From a virus (taxonomy: Duplodnaviria; Caudoviricetes): a stretch of DNA of 58,420 nucleotides. The notes under the pieces were generated by a model. It made no database searches and was not told where the DNA came from. It saw only the letters and a list, made by a program, of their open reading frames with translations. The DNA is taken from positions 1 to 58,420 of IMG/VR virus record IMGVR_UViG_3300026543_000167; one strand, written 5' to 3'. The translations under genes were made by a program, and so were the position numbers. This document shows positions 1 to 8,692 of the stretch, one piece after another (within the stretch, counting starts at the first letter, position 1; each line of letters starts with the position of its first letter).

Positions 1-811
1 ACGTAATTTCAGAGAGATCAGTTGCCTCGTCATAGTTCAGATTAAGCTGCTCTACGCCGGAACTATTTTGAATACGGAATAATGGATTACCACTTGCCCC
101 ATCTGATTGAATCGAAAAGATCTGTCCAGTACTATCAATCGTTACTTCCGTATTGAATGTGACGGTGCCGGAGAATACCTCCAAATCCCCTTGCCCATTC
201 ACCTCAAACAAGGTTCCGAAGGCGCTATCCTGAAGTCTAAAAGCCGTCGCGCTGGTTTGAGAGCCTAAGCGCACACGCACGATTTCTGTAGCATCGGTGC
301 AAACAAGATCGATGCCCCCGACCCCGGCGGTGATATTTATACCCCCGGTCCCGCTGTTGTTGATGTTCACACCCGATGACCCATCCAATTCGAGCAACGT
401 GGTCGCTTCTACGAGCAACCCAAATGTGGATTGGATATTGAGTTGACCGGTGATACTGGTGATGAAACTATTCGTGCCGTTGTGGTCAATGGATAAGTCA
501 GCGCCATCACCAAAGGTGGCAAAAGAAGTATCGGTAAACGTTATATTATCACCCGCACTTACTGCTATATCTGTACCACCAGTAGTGTTACCAATAGCTA
601 ATATTTCGGCCAGGGTATCCGTCGAACTAATTGAGGTTATCCAATCCGAATTCGTCAACGCTTCCGCAATGTAAAAAATATTATTGGTGGAATCCCAAAA
701 CATTTCACCAATGATCCCCGCCGTTACAACTCCATTAGGATCAGCGGTTCCCACCTGGGTCCGGCCGATATGGAGTTCATCTCCGACTAAATCTTTATGA
801 AAAGTTCCCAT
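1..811 (-). CDS. Partial virion tail-fibre/adhesin-like protein (runs off the left edge)
   Basis: ATG at 811 overlaps the TAA of the upstream gene. The frame is open to base 1 (MGTFHKDLVGDELHIG...TLAEILAIGNTTGGTDI...) and is T/S/G/D-rich. It is absent from the ORF track because it has no stop. Confidence 0.65.
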   Translation of the reverse strand, partial: MGTFHKDLVGDELHIGRTQVGTADPNGVVTAGIIGEMFWDSTNNIFYIAEALTNSDWITSISSTDTLAEILAIGNTTGGTDIAVSAGDNITFTDTSFATFGDGADLSIDHNGTNSFITSITGQLNIQSTFGLLVEATTLLELDGSSGVNINNSGTGGINITAGVGGIDLVCTDATEIVRVRLGSQTSATAFRLQDSAFGTLFEVNGQGDLEVFSGTVTFNTEVTIDSTGQIFSIQSDGASGNPLFRIQNSSGVEQLNLNYDEATDLSEIT

Positions 812-1887
812 TAAAATTGGGCCGCATAAACGGGGTTGAGGTTGTTGTCCAGGACGTGCTCCAGATTATTGTCCCAGGTTGCGTTTTCAGTAATCATGTT
901 CAATTCGGCAAGTTCCTGAGCATTTAAATCCGTGATCAAATCTCCTCCGGAGTCCACGGCCAGACTGAGGTTGGAGGTACTGGTGATCTCGGTAAAAATA
1001 TCCTGGCTTGCTTCGATACCCAGGCCATAATCGAAATCAAGAACCCAAACAAAAAGAAAAGTCCCAACCGTTTCTGAAGATCCAAATGAGATCGAACTGA
1101 TCTCAAAATAGGTGGAACCATCGGTGGCAGTTATTTCAGCCGTCGTGTTGTAATCCGTATTGGTTACAAACCCATCGATTTCCACTGAGGCACCTACCAC
1201 GGGGACCACACTCACCGAGAAATTGAACCGTGCAACGCCTCCGGAATCGGTGACACTATCTATTGAGGATGCGGAAAGGGAGTCATTTGCAACAAAGATT
1301 GAAAAAGGAGCAATGACATCGCTGATCAGGAATCCCGTGTTATCGGATCCCAAATAAATTGAATGCCGAACTTCAGCGGAGGCCGCTGTGGTTCCAAGTT
1401 GATGAACGATCGTTTTAATTATCCTGCGGAATCCAATATTAAATCCCTGGTCAATCAGGGTAGAGGTTTCCTCGGCGGTGGCCGTGGTGAAAATGGGAAA
1501 ATTTGTTAAGATTTTAGTAACCGGGGTGTGGACCTGGAAGTTTCCATCAGTCCCGTTGTCATCGAACTCGATGTGTGGAATAAGGGTTTTATCCTCAGTC
1601 GCAGCGCCGGATGGTGAACTGGTTTCTATATAGGTAAAACCAGCCGAAAGGAATAGGTCACGGCCAAGTTCAAGGGTCTTTGGAGAGGTTCTGAGGCCGG
1701 AATCATTCCAAACCCCGGAGGCCCGTTGTTCCAAATGGATTACATCCTCTCCAACGGTGACCGCAATCCGAAAGGACCCGTCGGTGGTTTCATTGGCCCT
1801 GAAAGTCCCATCACTCAGATAAATGTATTGTCGTGGGTTTGAGCGGCTTGGATCGTTTGCTGTTGGACGCTGAACGGATATGGTCAT
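811..1887 (-). CDS. Putative virion structural protein (358 aa)
   Basis: T/S/G-rich. Shares a domain (SVTDS.GVARFNF...GF.TNTDYN) with the protein at 56980-58420. Confidence 0.6.
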   Translation of the reverse strand: MTISVQRPTANDPSRSNPRQYIYLSDGTFRANETTDGSFRIAVTVGEDVIHLEQRASGVWNDSGLRTSPKTLELGRDLFLSAGFTYIETSSPSGAATEDKTLIPHIEFDDNGTDGNFQVHTPVTKILTNFPIFTTATAEETSTLIDQGFNIGFRRIIKTIVHQLGTTAASAEVRHSIYLGSDNTGFLISDVIAPFSIFVANDSLSASSIDSVTDSGGVARFNFSVSVVPVVGASVEIDGFVTNTDYNTTAEITATDGSTYFEISSISFGSSETVGTFLFVWVLDFDYGLGIEASQDIFTEITSTSNLSLAVDSGGDLITDLNAQELAELNMITENATWDNNLEHVLDNNLNPVYAAQF

Positions 1888-1889
1888 AA

Positions 1890-2276
1890 TTAATCAACGA
1901 AAGTTACATTTTGCGGTTTATATTGATCTACATCGACGTGGATAAAACTTGTGTAAATACCAATTCTCAGGAATTTAGAATCGAGAATGCGGAGGATTTG
2001 CTTTCTGTAGGTATCGTTGGGGATTGTAATGTCGGCGGCTTTCCCCGTTAAATGAGCAGAGTTAATTATTCCGCCAACTGTTTCGTTATGTGGGGTGCAC
2101 CGGAATCCGGAATTAATGACAACTGCTTGATTAAGTTCATCGCGCACCTCCTGTAATTTTTCGACAAGTAGGTTGTCAATTACAAATGTGCTGTGGTTAG
2201 ATTCTATGCAAGGTTTGCAACGGCACTCAAATTCGGATTGAACGAAATTTTTACTGATTCGCACCGGGTTCTCCAA
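1890..2276 (-). CDS. Peptidase M15-family endolysin
   Basis: Motifs EFECRC, SGFRC..HN..VGG..NSAHLTGKAADI and FIHVD. Confidence 0.9.
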   Translation of the reverse strand: MENPVRISKNFVQSEFECRCKPCIESNHSTFVIDNLLVEKLQEVRDELNQAVVINSGFRCTPHNETVGGIINSAHLTGKAADITIPNDTYRKQILRILDSKFLRIGIYTSFIHVDVDQYKPQNVTFVD

Positions 2277-2348
2277 ATAAAATAAACAAATTCTATTTGG
2301 ATTTTACTTAAATTGTTTCAGGTGGAACAGACGCAAGGACAGACGCAA

Positions 2349-2558
2349 CTATCGTACGATAAGCTTACAATCACGATCAAGAGCAGGGGCGCTCAATCTT
2401 TTATAGGAAGGAACATCAAGTTTTGAACCGCCAGCCTTTTTGGAGATGAAAATAACCACATCAATGCCAAATTGGTCAGCAACTTCTCGCCAGATATTGG
2501 GTTCTCCGGCACGGTTCTTACGATTGATATCTTCGGGGATAATTTCAAGATGAATCAT
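2349..2558 (-). CDS. Short Mor-like transcriptional activator
   Basis: EVADQFGID...KKAGGSKLDVP resembles the Mor/C N-terminal region. Confidence 0.45.
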   Translation of the reverse strand: MIHLEIIPEDINRKNRAGEPNIWREVADQFGIDVVIFISKKAGGSKLDVPSYKRLSAPALDRDCKLIVR

Positions 2559-2580
2559 AATGAAATTGACTCTTTGTCTT

Positions 2581-2862
2581 TTACTGCATAGAAATCAGTT
2601 GCATTCTTTTAAGCAACCCCAAAAGTTTTGATCGATCTAACTTTAAAAGGTCTTTTTCTTCTTTAAATAAATGATTTAATTGTTCATATAATTCCATCTG
2701 AGTTTTCTGCTTTTCCAAGACCTTGACAGCAACATCGCAGGCACCCAATGCGTCTTCGTTGAACATGTCTTGATGGTGATTTTGGACTAAATAATCGAAT
2801 AGTTTAAGGATCTGAGATTTTAATTTGAACTCAATTTCATTTGTCTGCGCCATATTGATCAT
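2581..2862 (-). CDS. Hypothetical protein
   Basis: ORF in the minus-strand operon, overlapping its neighbour. Confidence 0.55.
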   Translation of the reverse strand: MINMAQTNEIEFKLKSQILKLFDYLVQNHHQDMFNEDALGACDVAVKVLEKQKTQMELYEQLNHLFKEEKDLLKLDRSKLLGLLKRMQLISMQ

Positions 2863-3241
2863 TCCCTCCAGAATTTTTTGGAATTATTTCATGTAGTTTT
2901 TTTAAATCCTTATCCCATTTATCAAGGTTTTTCTTCACTTGCATCACCATATCCGCGTGACCCTTCTCAGCTTCATCCCAGGTGCAATAACGATTCATAC
3001 TTTCATTGAGCGAACCACCAAAGATCATTGTTTCAAAGAGAACAGGAATGTGATTCGGTTCCATACTGAAACTGTGATCTATCCCAAGGAACACCGTTGA
3101 AACAGAAACCAAGCCATCAAGGAATTCAGTTCTGTCAACGAAACGATCAGAAAATGTATTAAAAAAATTTCCCCATTCTAATAGTCCGCATTCAACAGGT
3201 ATTTTATCTTTTAGAATGTAATATTTTAATCCGCTTTCCAT
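2837..3241 (-). CDS. Conserved phage hypothetical protein
   Basis: VSTVFLGIDH...PVLFETMIFGG...RYCTWDEAEKGH is a motif typical of a widespread phage family. Confidence 0.75.
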   Translation of the reverse strand: MESGLKYYILKDKIPVECGLLEWGNFFNTFSDRFVDRTEFLDGLVSVSTVFLGIDHSFSMEPNHIPVLFETMIFGGSLNESMNRYCTWDEAEKGHADMVMQVKKNLDKWDKDLKKLHEIIPKNSGGNDQYGADK

Positions 3242-3269
3242 AAAACCCTGGCGAAAGGATTAATGAATT

Positions 3270-3449
3270 TTATTTATTTTTGGGGTTTTTTCTTTTTTTA
3301 ATGGTGGTTTTTTTCCTAGAGGTATTTTTACTTTTCCTTGCAGTGTCCAATGCTATGGCCACTGCCTGCTTTTGGGGACGGCCAGAGTCCACCAACTCAC
3401 TGATATTCTTAGATATTGTTTTTTGAGACTTGCCTTTTTTGAGTGGCAT
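3270..3449 (-). CDS. Small basic conserved phage protein (59 aa), missing from the ORF track
   Basis: Manual translation [39 protein letters not shown]... matches a recurrent phage family. Confidence 0.75.
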   Translation of the reverse strand: MPLKKGKSQKTISKNISELVDSGRPQKQAVAIALDTARKSKNTSRKKTTIKKRKNPKNK

Positions 3450-3596
3450 TTTTTTTCTCTTGTTTTAAAAGCCAATTTTTCAATTTGGCTCTTAATTTAA
3501 TACAATGCTTGCAGGTCACTTCTTTGGGGGTTGTCGCCGTTAAGTTTCCAAAGTTGTATTTTTTCCTGCAAGGATGCCAATGATCATGGATTTTAT

Positions 3597-3950
3597 TCAC
3601 CAATCACCATCTTTCAAATTAGCTATTTCATTTTTTAATACTGCATTTTCCTGGATAAGTTTTGTCCACATATCCACTAAGTTTTTTTCCTTAACGCCTT
3701 TGCCGTCGACATCTTCATAAGCCAATCTGATGGGATTTTTATAGCCTCTTTTTATTGCTTCACGCTTCCAGGCTAAAACTTGGTTGCAAAGTTCATTGAT
3801 GATTCCATAATCGCCCTCAACTGTCTCTTTATGTGCGCTTTTCCTGCAATCAATACACATTTGAGCCATTTCAAATCTGCAGGGGATCATCAAGGTTATT
3901 GAACTGCAATAACAACACCGGGTTGTTCTTAAATTTTCTGTTAGATTCAC
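3597..3950 (-). CDS. Hypothetical Cys-rich protein
   Basis: CxxC pairs; lies in the minus-strand operon. Confidence 0.5.
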   Translation of the reverse strand: MNLTENLRTTRCCYCSSITLMIPCRFEMAQMCIDCRKSAHKETVEGDYGIINELCNQVLAWKREAIKRGYKNPIRLAYEDVDGKGVKEKNLVDMWTKLIQENAVLKNEIANLKDGDW

Positions 3951-4114
3951 TCTTCGGCATTCTCTAAAGATTCTGGCATTTCCGCATTTTGTTCGAAAAT
4001 TTCGTGTATTTCTTCAATGTCCACTGAATTTATATCTTCGAAAGGAATTCCCAATTCTCTTACTATTTTCTTAACGTGTTCAAATGAAAATTTACTGATC
4101 ATTCAACATTCTCC

Positions 4115-4348
4115 TTATTCAAGAATTTCAATCACTACTCGTTTTTTCAATTTCGATGCAATCGCATTAATAATCGTTCTGATAGCTCTTGCGGTGACTC
4201 CTTGCTTGCCAATAATCTTTCCCACATCTTCTTTATGTACAGAAATCTCAAAAAGACAAACTTGGCCGGTCGAATTAATTTCATTTACCTTTACAGAATC
4301 AGGCATATCAACTAAAGATTGGCAAATCGACAAGATCAATTCTCTCAT
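4115..4348 (-). CDS. khpA: KH-domain RNA-binding protein KhpA
   Basis: 77 aa with LVD.PD.V.V...EDVGKIIGKQG.TARAIRTII; KH GxxG loop present. Confidence 0.9.
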   Translation of the reverse strand: MRELILSICQSLVDMPDSVKVNEINSTGQVCLFEISVHKEDVGKIIGKQGVTARAIRTIINAIASKLKKRVVIEILE

Positions 4349-4590
4349 AGCATCCTCACTGGGTGAATTTTTATAACAAAAATAAATTCAATTGTGCGTT
4401 AATGATACCATAAATGACCAGAAAAGGCGGTAAAGCAATATCTGCGGGCCAAGGAGGAAAGCCATTCCCCAGGGGGAGATGCCACAAACACTGCGATACC
4501 GCCTAAAAACAAGACCCAAGGAGAAAGAGAAAATGAGCCAGGAACTTAATAAAGCATTCACTGGCCCACTTTCCCTTTAGAAACAAGAGT

Positions 4591-5076
4591 TTATTTACGC
4601 ATCTTGGAAAAAACGTACTGGGTATCCTTTTCCGATTCGTGACAATTAAAGCAGGATAATCCACCATCTTTTACGCCCCGTTTAATTGTACTATCACCTG
4701 GAAACACTTCAAAACCCCATCCCCCAGTTTTTGGGAATTTTTCGCTATTTCGTGACATAACGCCGATAAATTTGCGTTTGCCTTCTGTAACGTCGAACTC
4801 ACCTTTGATTGCATCAAGGAGATCAAACACAATGACAGAACCATCTTCGTAAAAGCCGGTGCGGTTTCCATCTTCGGCATAGCTGTTATAATAAATGTGA
4901 TGAATGCCTTCGAAAGGATCGGCAAGAGGATGGCCTTTGTTGATCACCATGGATTTTACATGAGTCCAATTGCGATAATCTTTTGGATAACTGATCTGGT
5001 CTGCAAAAGATATGCAGGTTAAAGTAAAAAAACTTATCACGAAAATAGCAAAAACCTTTTTCATTTTACACTCCAA
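4591..5076 (-). CDS. Cytochrome P460 / c'-beta family periplasmic heme protein
   Basis: Signal peptide; YP.DYR.W, GIHHIY, DGSVIVFD, TGGWGFE.F and a C-terminal CFNCH heme motif. Confidence 0.85.
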   Translation of the reverse strand: MECKMKKVFAIFVISFFTLTCISFADQISYPKDYRNWTHVKSMVINKGHPLADPFEGIHHIYYNSYAEDGNRTGFYEDGSVIVFDLLDAIKGEFDVTEGKRKFIGVMSRNSEKFPKTGGWGFEVFPGDSTIKRGVKDGGLSCFNCHESEKDTQYVFSKMRK

Positions 5077-5122
5077 ATAATAGTTTAAATTTATTTATCG
5101 AACATCCCATACAAATATAAAA

Positions 5123-5374
5123 CTAGACTTTTGCTAATGTCTTAACATCGTCCATTGAAGCACCAAAATTAATATGAAGAGGCATACCAGGACCAAAAAC
5201 AATAGCTGGAACAGATTTAATTCCAGCTCTTTCAGCCTCTGCAATACGCTTCGGGTTTTCAACCAAATGGACAGTTTCCACTTCAAATAAATCACTATTT
5301 ATTGAATCAATAAGTTCATTTTCAGCGTGTTTACAAATGGGGCAACCGGCGTGATAAAATATTGCTTTTTTCAT
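5123..5374 (-). CDS. Glutaredoxin/thioredoxin-like protein
   Basis: MKKAIFYHAGCPIC (CxxC) and the cis-Pro motif SVPA. Start trimmed to the internal ATG. Confidence 0.85.
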   Translation of the reverse strand: MKKAIFYHAGCPICKHAENELIDSINSDLFEVETVHLVENPKRIAEAERAGIKSVPAIVFGPGMPLHINFGASMDDVKTLAKV

Positions 5375-5507
5375 AATAACCCTTTCATAATTTGAGACTT
5401 TTGGGTCTCGGTGACCAGAGTGCAATAGGCACTCAGGATTTAGTTATTTTTCAACTCAGATTACACTGTTACTCCACTGTTAATGGGCTGATATTTATGG
5501 ACATTTT

Positions 5508-5744
5508 TTAATATTCCCACTTTTCAAGTTCAGGCCATGTCTTTTCGTTAAAATGTTTACGAGGATTCCCGCACATATAACAAGAACAGGGCTTTCTGGT
5601 ATTGAAACTTTGAGTCCTTAATTCAATCCATTCCAATTCTTTTTCACGGTTATTGAACCAATAAAATTTATTTAACAAGGATTTCCTAAAATTGTTCCTG
5701 ACCCTTGCACTCTGAGACCTGCGATATGCACTCGTTCGTTTCAT
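5508..5744 (-). CDS. Hypothetical Zn-finger phage protein
   Basis: PCSCYMCGNPRK motif. GGAGG RBS precedes the ATG at 5744. Confidence 0.65.
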   Translation of the reverse strand: MKRTSAYRRSQSARVRNNFRKSLLNKFYWFNNREKELEWIELRTQSFNTRKPCSCYMCGNPRKHFNEKTWPELEKWEY

Positions 5745-5787
5745 TGCTATTCCTCCATATTTCTCACTCCGTCTTTGGTCAATTTTC

Positions 5788-5900
5788 CCCGACTGTGGTT
5801 GGATTGCAATTACCCAGTCGCAAAGCGCCAAGGCCAACCACACCACTTTCTAGCGGCCCACACCGCGCAAGTAATCGTAGGTATGAAAGCGGTTGCCGGG
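5788..5900 (-). ncRNA. Candidate structured RNA, copy 1 of the CCCGGCAMCCGCTTTC family
   Basis: Starts just after the vWA stop. The 5' CCCGGC pairs with the 3' GTCGGG. Confidence 0.4.
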
Positions 5901-5903
5901 AAA

Positions 5904-6491
5904 TTATTTCGTCCGGGAACTTGCAACGTTGGTTGACATCCCTGCGTAGCCTCTACGAACCCCCGCAGAATCATGAGAAAAATTAGTCGAATTTGAAACG
6001 GGAATATTCATTGACGCACCTTCGGCAAAAGCATCCTGGTTGGCCGCAATGTAAAAGAATTCCCAGCCCCAATTTTCCGTCTGAGTTTTGATCATGTCCG
6101 CAATCTTTTCCTTGGTCTTAAATTCCACGCTGGAATTTTCCTGACCGTCCGTGATGATCGCCACCAATACTTTGGAGGGCTTCTCACTTTCCGGCAATGC
6201 CTCAAACCGGTTGCCCATGTCGGTGACAGTTTTTCCGATCGCATCAAAGAGGGCGGTTGCACCTCGTGGGCTGAAAGAACCCTCTTTAGCAACTTCAACT
6301 TGTCCGATCGGGACGCTATCGATGAGCCTTTCGTATTTATCATCGAATTGAACCAAGGTAAATTTCGCCTCCCCTGGGTGCGCCTGCTGATCTGTCAGGA
6401 ATGAATTGTAACCTCCGATTGTGTCCTTCTCCAGACCGTACATTGACCCTGATCGATCAACAATTACTGCGATTTCTGTGTAATTTTTCAC
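5904..6491 (-). CDS. von Willebrand factor A domain protein
   Basis: MIDAS motif DRSGSM, G.T.L.DAIG and IITDGQEN.S. Confidence 0.9.
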   Translation of the reverse strand: MKNYTEIAVIVDRSGSMYGLEKDTIGGYNSFLTDQQAHPGEAKFTLVQFDDKYERLIDSVPIGQVEVAKEGSFSPRGATALFDAIGKTVTDMGNRFEALPESEKPSKVLVAIITDGQENSSVEFKTKEKIADMIKTQTENWGWEFFYIAANQDAFAEGASMNIPVSNSTNFSHDSAGVRRGYAGMSTNVASSRTK

Positions 6492-6515
6492 TGTATTCTC
6501 CTTTAGTTTAAATCT

Positions 6516-6654
6516 CCCGGCAGGCTGGGTGCGCGTCCTTCAGTGACTTTCACACTCGCTTGGTCTTGTAAATTCTTAGGCCAACCCCCGCCGCCTCAAT
6601 CACCATGGCTGTTTTAATGGGCGTTCTTAACCCAATCGGAAAGCGGGTGCCGGG
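6516..6654 (-). ncRNA. Candidate structured RNA, copy 2 of the CCCGGCAMCCGCTTTC family
   Basis: Terminal 7-bp stem CCCGGCA/TGCCGGG. 28 bp are identical to 6911-6938. Confidence 0.45.
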
Positions 6655-6655
6655 T

Positions 6656-6862
6656 TTATTTCTCTACCGATTTAAAAAATTTTAAACTTTCCCAACTTAT
6701 TAATTCACCGCAAGTATCGCATTTCCCAACGTTTGCATTAAAAGTTGGACAAACCTTTCCAGAACATGCAATTGTGCCGCTTTGATCTTCGCGAACATCA
6801 AACATTGGACACGGCTTCGGTTTGTCATTATAATTTTTAAATGTGAAATCACTCATCTTCAA
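6656..6862 (-). CDS. Small Cys-rich hypothetical protein
   Basis: ORF flanked by 28-bp direct repeats. Confidence 0.45.
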   Translation of the reverse strand: MKMSDFTFKNYNDKPKPCPMFDVREDQSGTIACSGKVCPTFNANVGKCDTCGELISWESLKFFKSVEK

Positions 6863-6938
6863 TCACTATGGTTTTTGATTAAGGGATTCCTTCAAGGTTC
6901 CACAGTTATCACCCAATCGGAAAGCGGGTGCCGGGTTT

Positions 6939-7190
6939 TTAATTATTAAGGGCATCTCTGGCGATGAATTCCTTCATGGCCTTTATCATATCTTTTCGGG
7001 TGGAATTGCTGATGTAATTCATTCGATGAGTTCCGTCATCATCCCCTAACTGAAATACCAAAAGAGCGAATCCCCATTTACGCACTTTGGTTTTGTAATC
7101 TTTACCGTTAAATGTTTCATCAAGGACTTCACCCCAGCACTGCATTTGAGTCCTGATTTCGTTTTCTATGGGTTCGTCATTATCGGGCAT
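6939..7190 (-). CDS. Conserved phage hypothetical protein
   Basis: GFALLVF..G.....NYISN..R.DM..AMKE motif. Confidence 0.7.
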   Translation of the reverse strand: MPDNDEPIENEIRTQMQCWGEVLDETFNGKDYKTKVRKWGFALLVFQLGDDDGTHRMNYISNSTRKDMIKAMKEFIARDALNN

Positions 7191-7383
7191 GGACGTGTCC
7201 TTTGTTTTTTGATCTTTTTTGTTTGTGGCTTGGGCGCTTAGAATTGCGAAACAACCTTTTTAGGCGATTGGTAATGCGTCCATTGTCCTTGGTCAAAATG
7301 TCGGGACCTAAACTTCCCTGCAAAAATCCTGATGTTGCTTTTATTTGTTCATCACGAGCTTGCATAATTTTTTCCTTTAAAAA

Positions 7384-7453
7384 AGCCTATGGCGGGATTC
7401 GAACCCGCGACCACTGGGTTAGAGCCAGTTGCATTCCATTCTGCCACATAGGC
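7384..7453 (-). tRNA. tRNA with CUA anticodon (amber suppressor)
   Basis: Acceptor GCCTATG/CATAGGC; D-arm GCA-GAATGGAA-TGC; anticodon arm ACTGG-CTCTAAC-CCAGT; T-arm GCGGG-TTCGAAT-CCCGC; U73; no encoded CCA. Confidence 0.85.
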
Positions 7454-7461
7454 TTCCAAAT

Positions 7462-7755
7462 TTAAACCAATCGAAAACCTCGGAATCGGGGATCTTTGTC
7501 ATCGCCAAGCATGGCAACAGCTGTGATTTCACCTCTCATATCCGGTTCATAAAAAGCCACTGCCCCATTCATTTTATCGGACGTGTGAATCATTAATTCA
7601 GCCCATGTTGCTTTGAGATAGACCAGATCACCATTTTTCCAAGGCAATTCCTCTTTATTATATTGCTTGAGTAAAAACTCAGCCAGAGCATGACCCGCTT
7701 GCACCGCTTGCTGAGATTTTGACAGGCTCTTCAACACTAACACATACATTTTCAT
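7462..7755 (-). CDS. Peptidyl-tRNA hydrolase 2 (Pth2)-like protein
   Basis: KMYVLV..SLS.SQQAVQAGHA...FYEPD..GEITAVA matches phage Pth2-like proteins. Confidence 0.7.
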   Translation of the reverse strand: MKMYVLVLKSLSKSQQAVQAGHALAEFLLKQYNKEELPWKNGDLVYLKATWAELMIHTSDKMNGAVAFYEPDMRGEITAVAMLGDDKDPRFRGFRLV

Positions 7756-8068
7756 CCAAACAGCTCTCCATAATTATATTGACCAGTCTCATACTTGGCC
7801 GGATTCGAGATTCCAAGGCTTTTGGATTTTTTGGTAATCTTTCAATTTGTTCCATAGTTTTTCCACGCATCATAGACGCCGCTATATGATGATGACGAAA
7901 TTCCTCTTGCACAACATCCAACCAAACTCCGGGTGTTGGGACAAAATTAGGAAACTTTCTTGGGCGCACCGTCTTTCTCAGGTCTTTAAGACGAACGATG
8001 AGATTTGCGAAGATATGCAGTTGTTCTTTTAATTCCATTCTTTTTTTCCAGCTGTAAATCGTTTTCAT
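7679..8068 (-). CDS. Hypothetical protein
   Basis: FRHHHIA.S..RGKT.EQIE motif seen in phage hypotheticals; GGAG RBS. Confidence 0.6.
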   Translation of the reverse strand: MKTIYSWKKRMELKEQLHIFANLIVRLKDLRKTVRPRKFPNFVPTPGVWLDVVQEEFRHHHIAASMMRGKTMEQIERLPKNPKALESRIRPSMRLVNIIMESCLDENVCVSVEEPVKISASGASGSCSG

Positions 8069-8139
8069 TAATATTCTCCAGTATTAAAGTTAAAGGAATT
8101 ATGTCCTGGAGAATTTATCAAGGGGGTTTATTGAGCTAC

Positions 8140-8688
8140 GTCATCGCTGTCTCCTTTTGGGTTTCTCTTTCATGATGGCTCGCTATACTTCTCTGGTTTT
8201 CTTTGTTGGTTTGACACGCTTTCTTTTTTTGGGTTTCTTAGATATGATGACGCGCTCCGGATTTACGGGTTTCTCTATTGATGTGACTCGCTTATTTATC
8301 TTGGTTTTCTAGCTGGTATTGACACGCTCCTTTATTTTGGGTTTCTCCAAAAGAATGACTCGCTTACATTAGATGGGTTTCTAGCCTATTTTGACACGCT
8401 ATGGAAATTTGGGTTTCTTTTAAAATGTGACACGCTCCGGATTTACGGGTTTCTACTTGCCTTTGGCACGCTTCATAGCATTGGGTTTCTCAAATATATT
8501 GGCTCGCTTTACTCCTATGGTTTTCTAATCAATATTGACACGCTAGTGTTTTCTGGGTTTCTTGGAAGATATGGCTCGCTTTATTCTATTGGGTTTCTCG
8601 ATTCGCGTGACACGCTTACTTATCATGGGTTTCTATGATTTATTGACACGCTTATTTATCTTGGTTTTCTATATGTGAGTGACATACT
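8140..8688 (-). repeat. TIGR-type dual-spacer guide-RNA array 1 (orphan; 15 units of 36 nt)
   Basis: Plus strand reads TGRCWCGCT-N9-TGGKTTTCT-N9 with an exact 36-nt period. Edge repeats at 8140, 8176 ... 8680; spacers vary. Confidence 0.92.
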
Positions 8689-8692
8689 TAAA

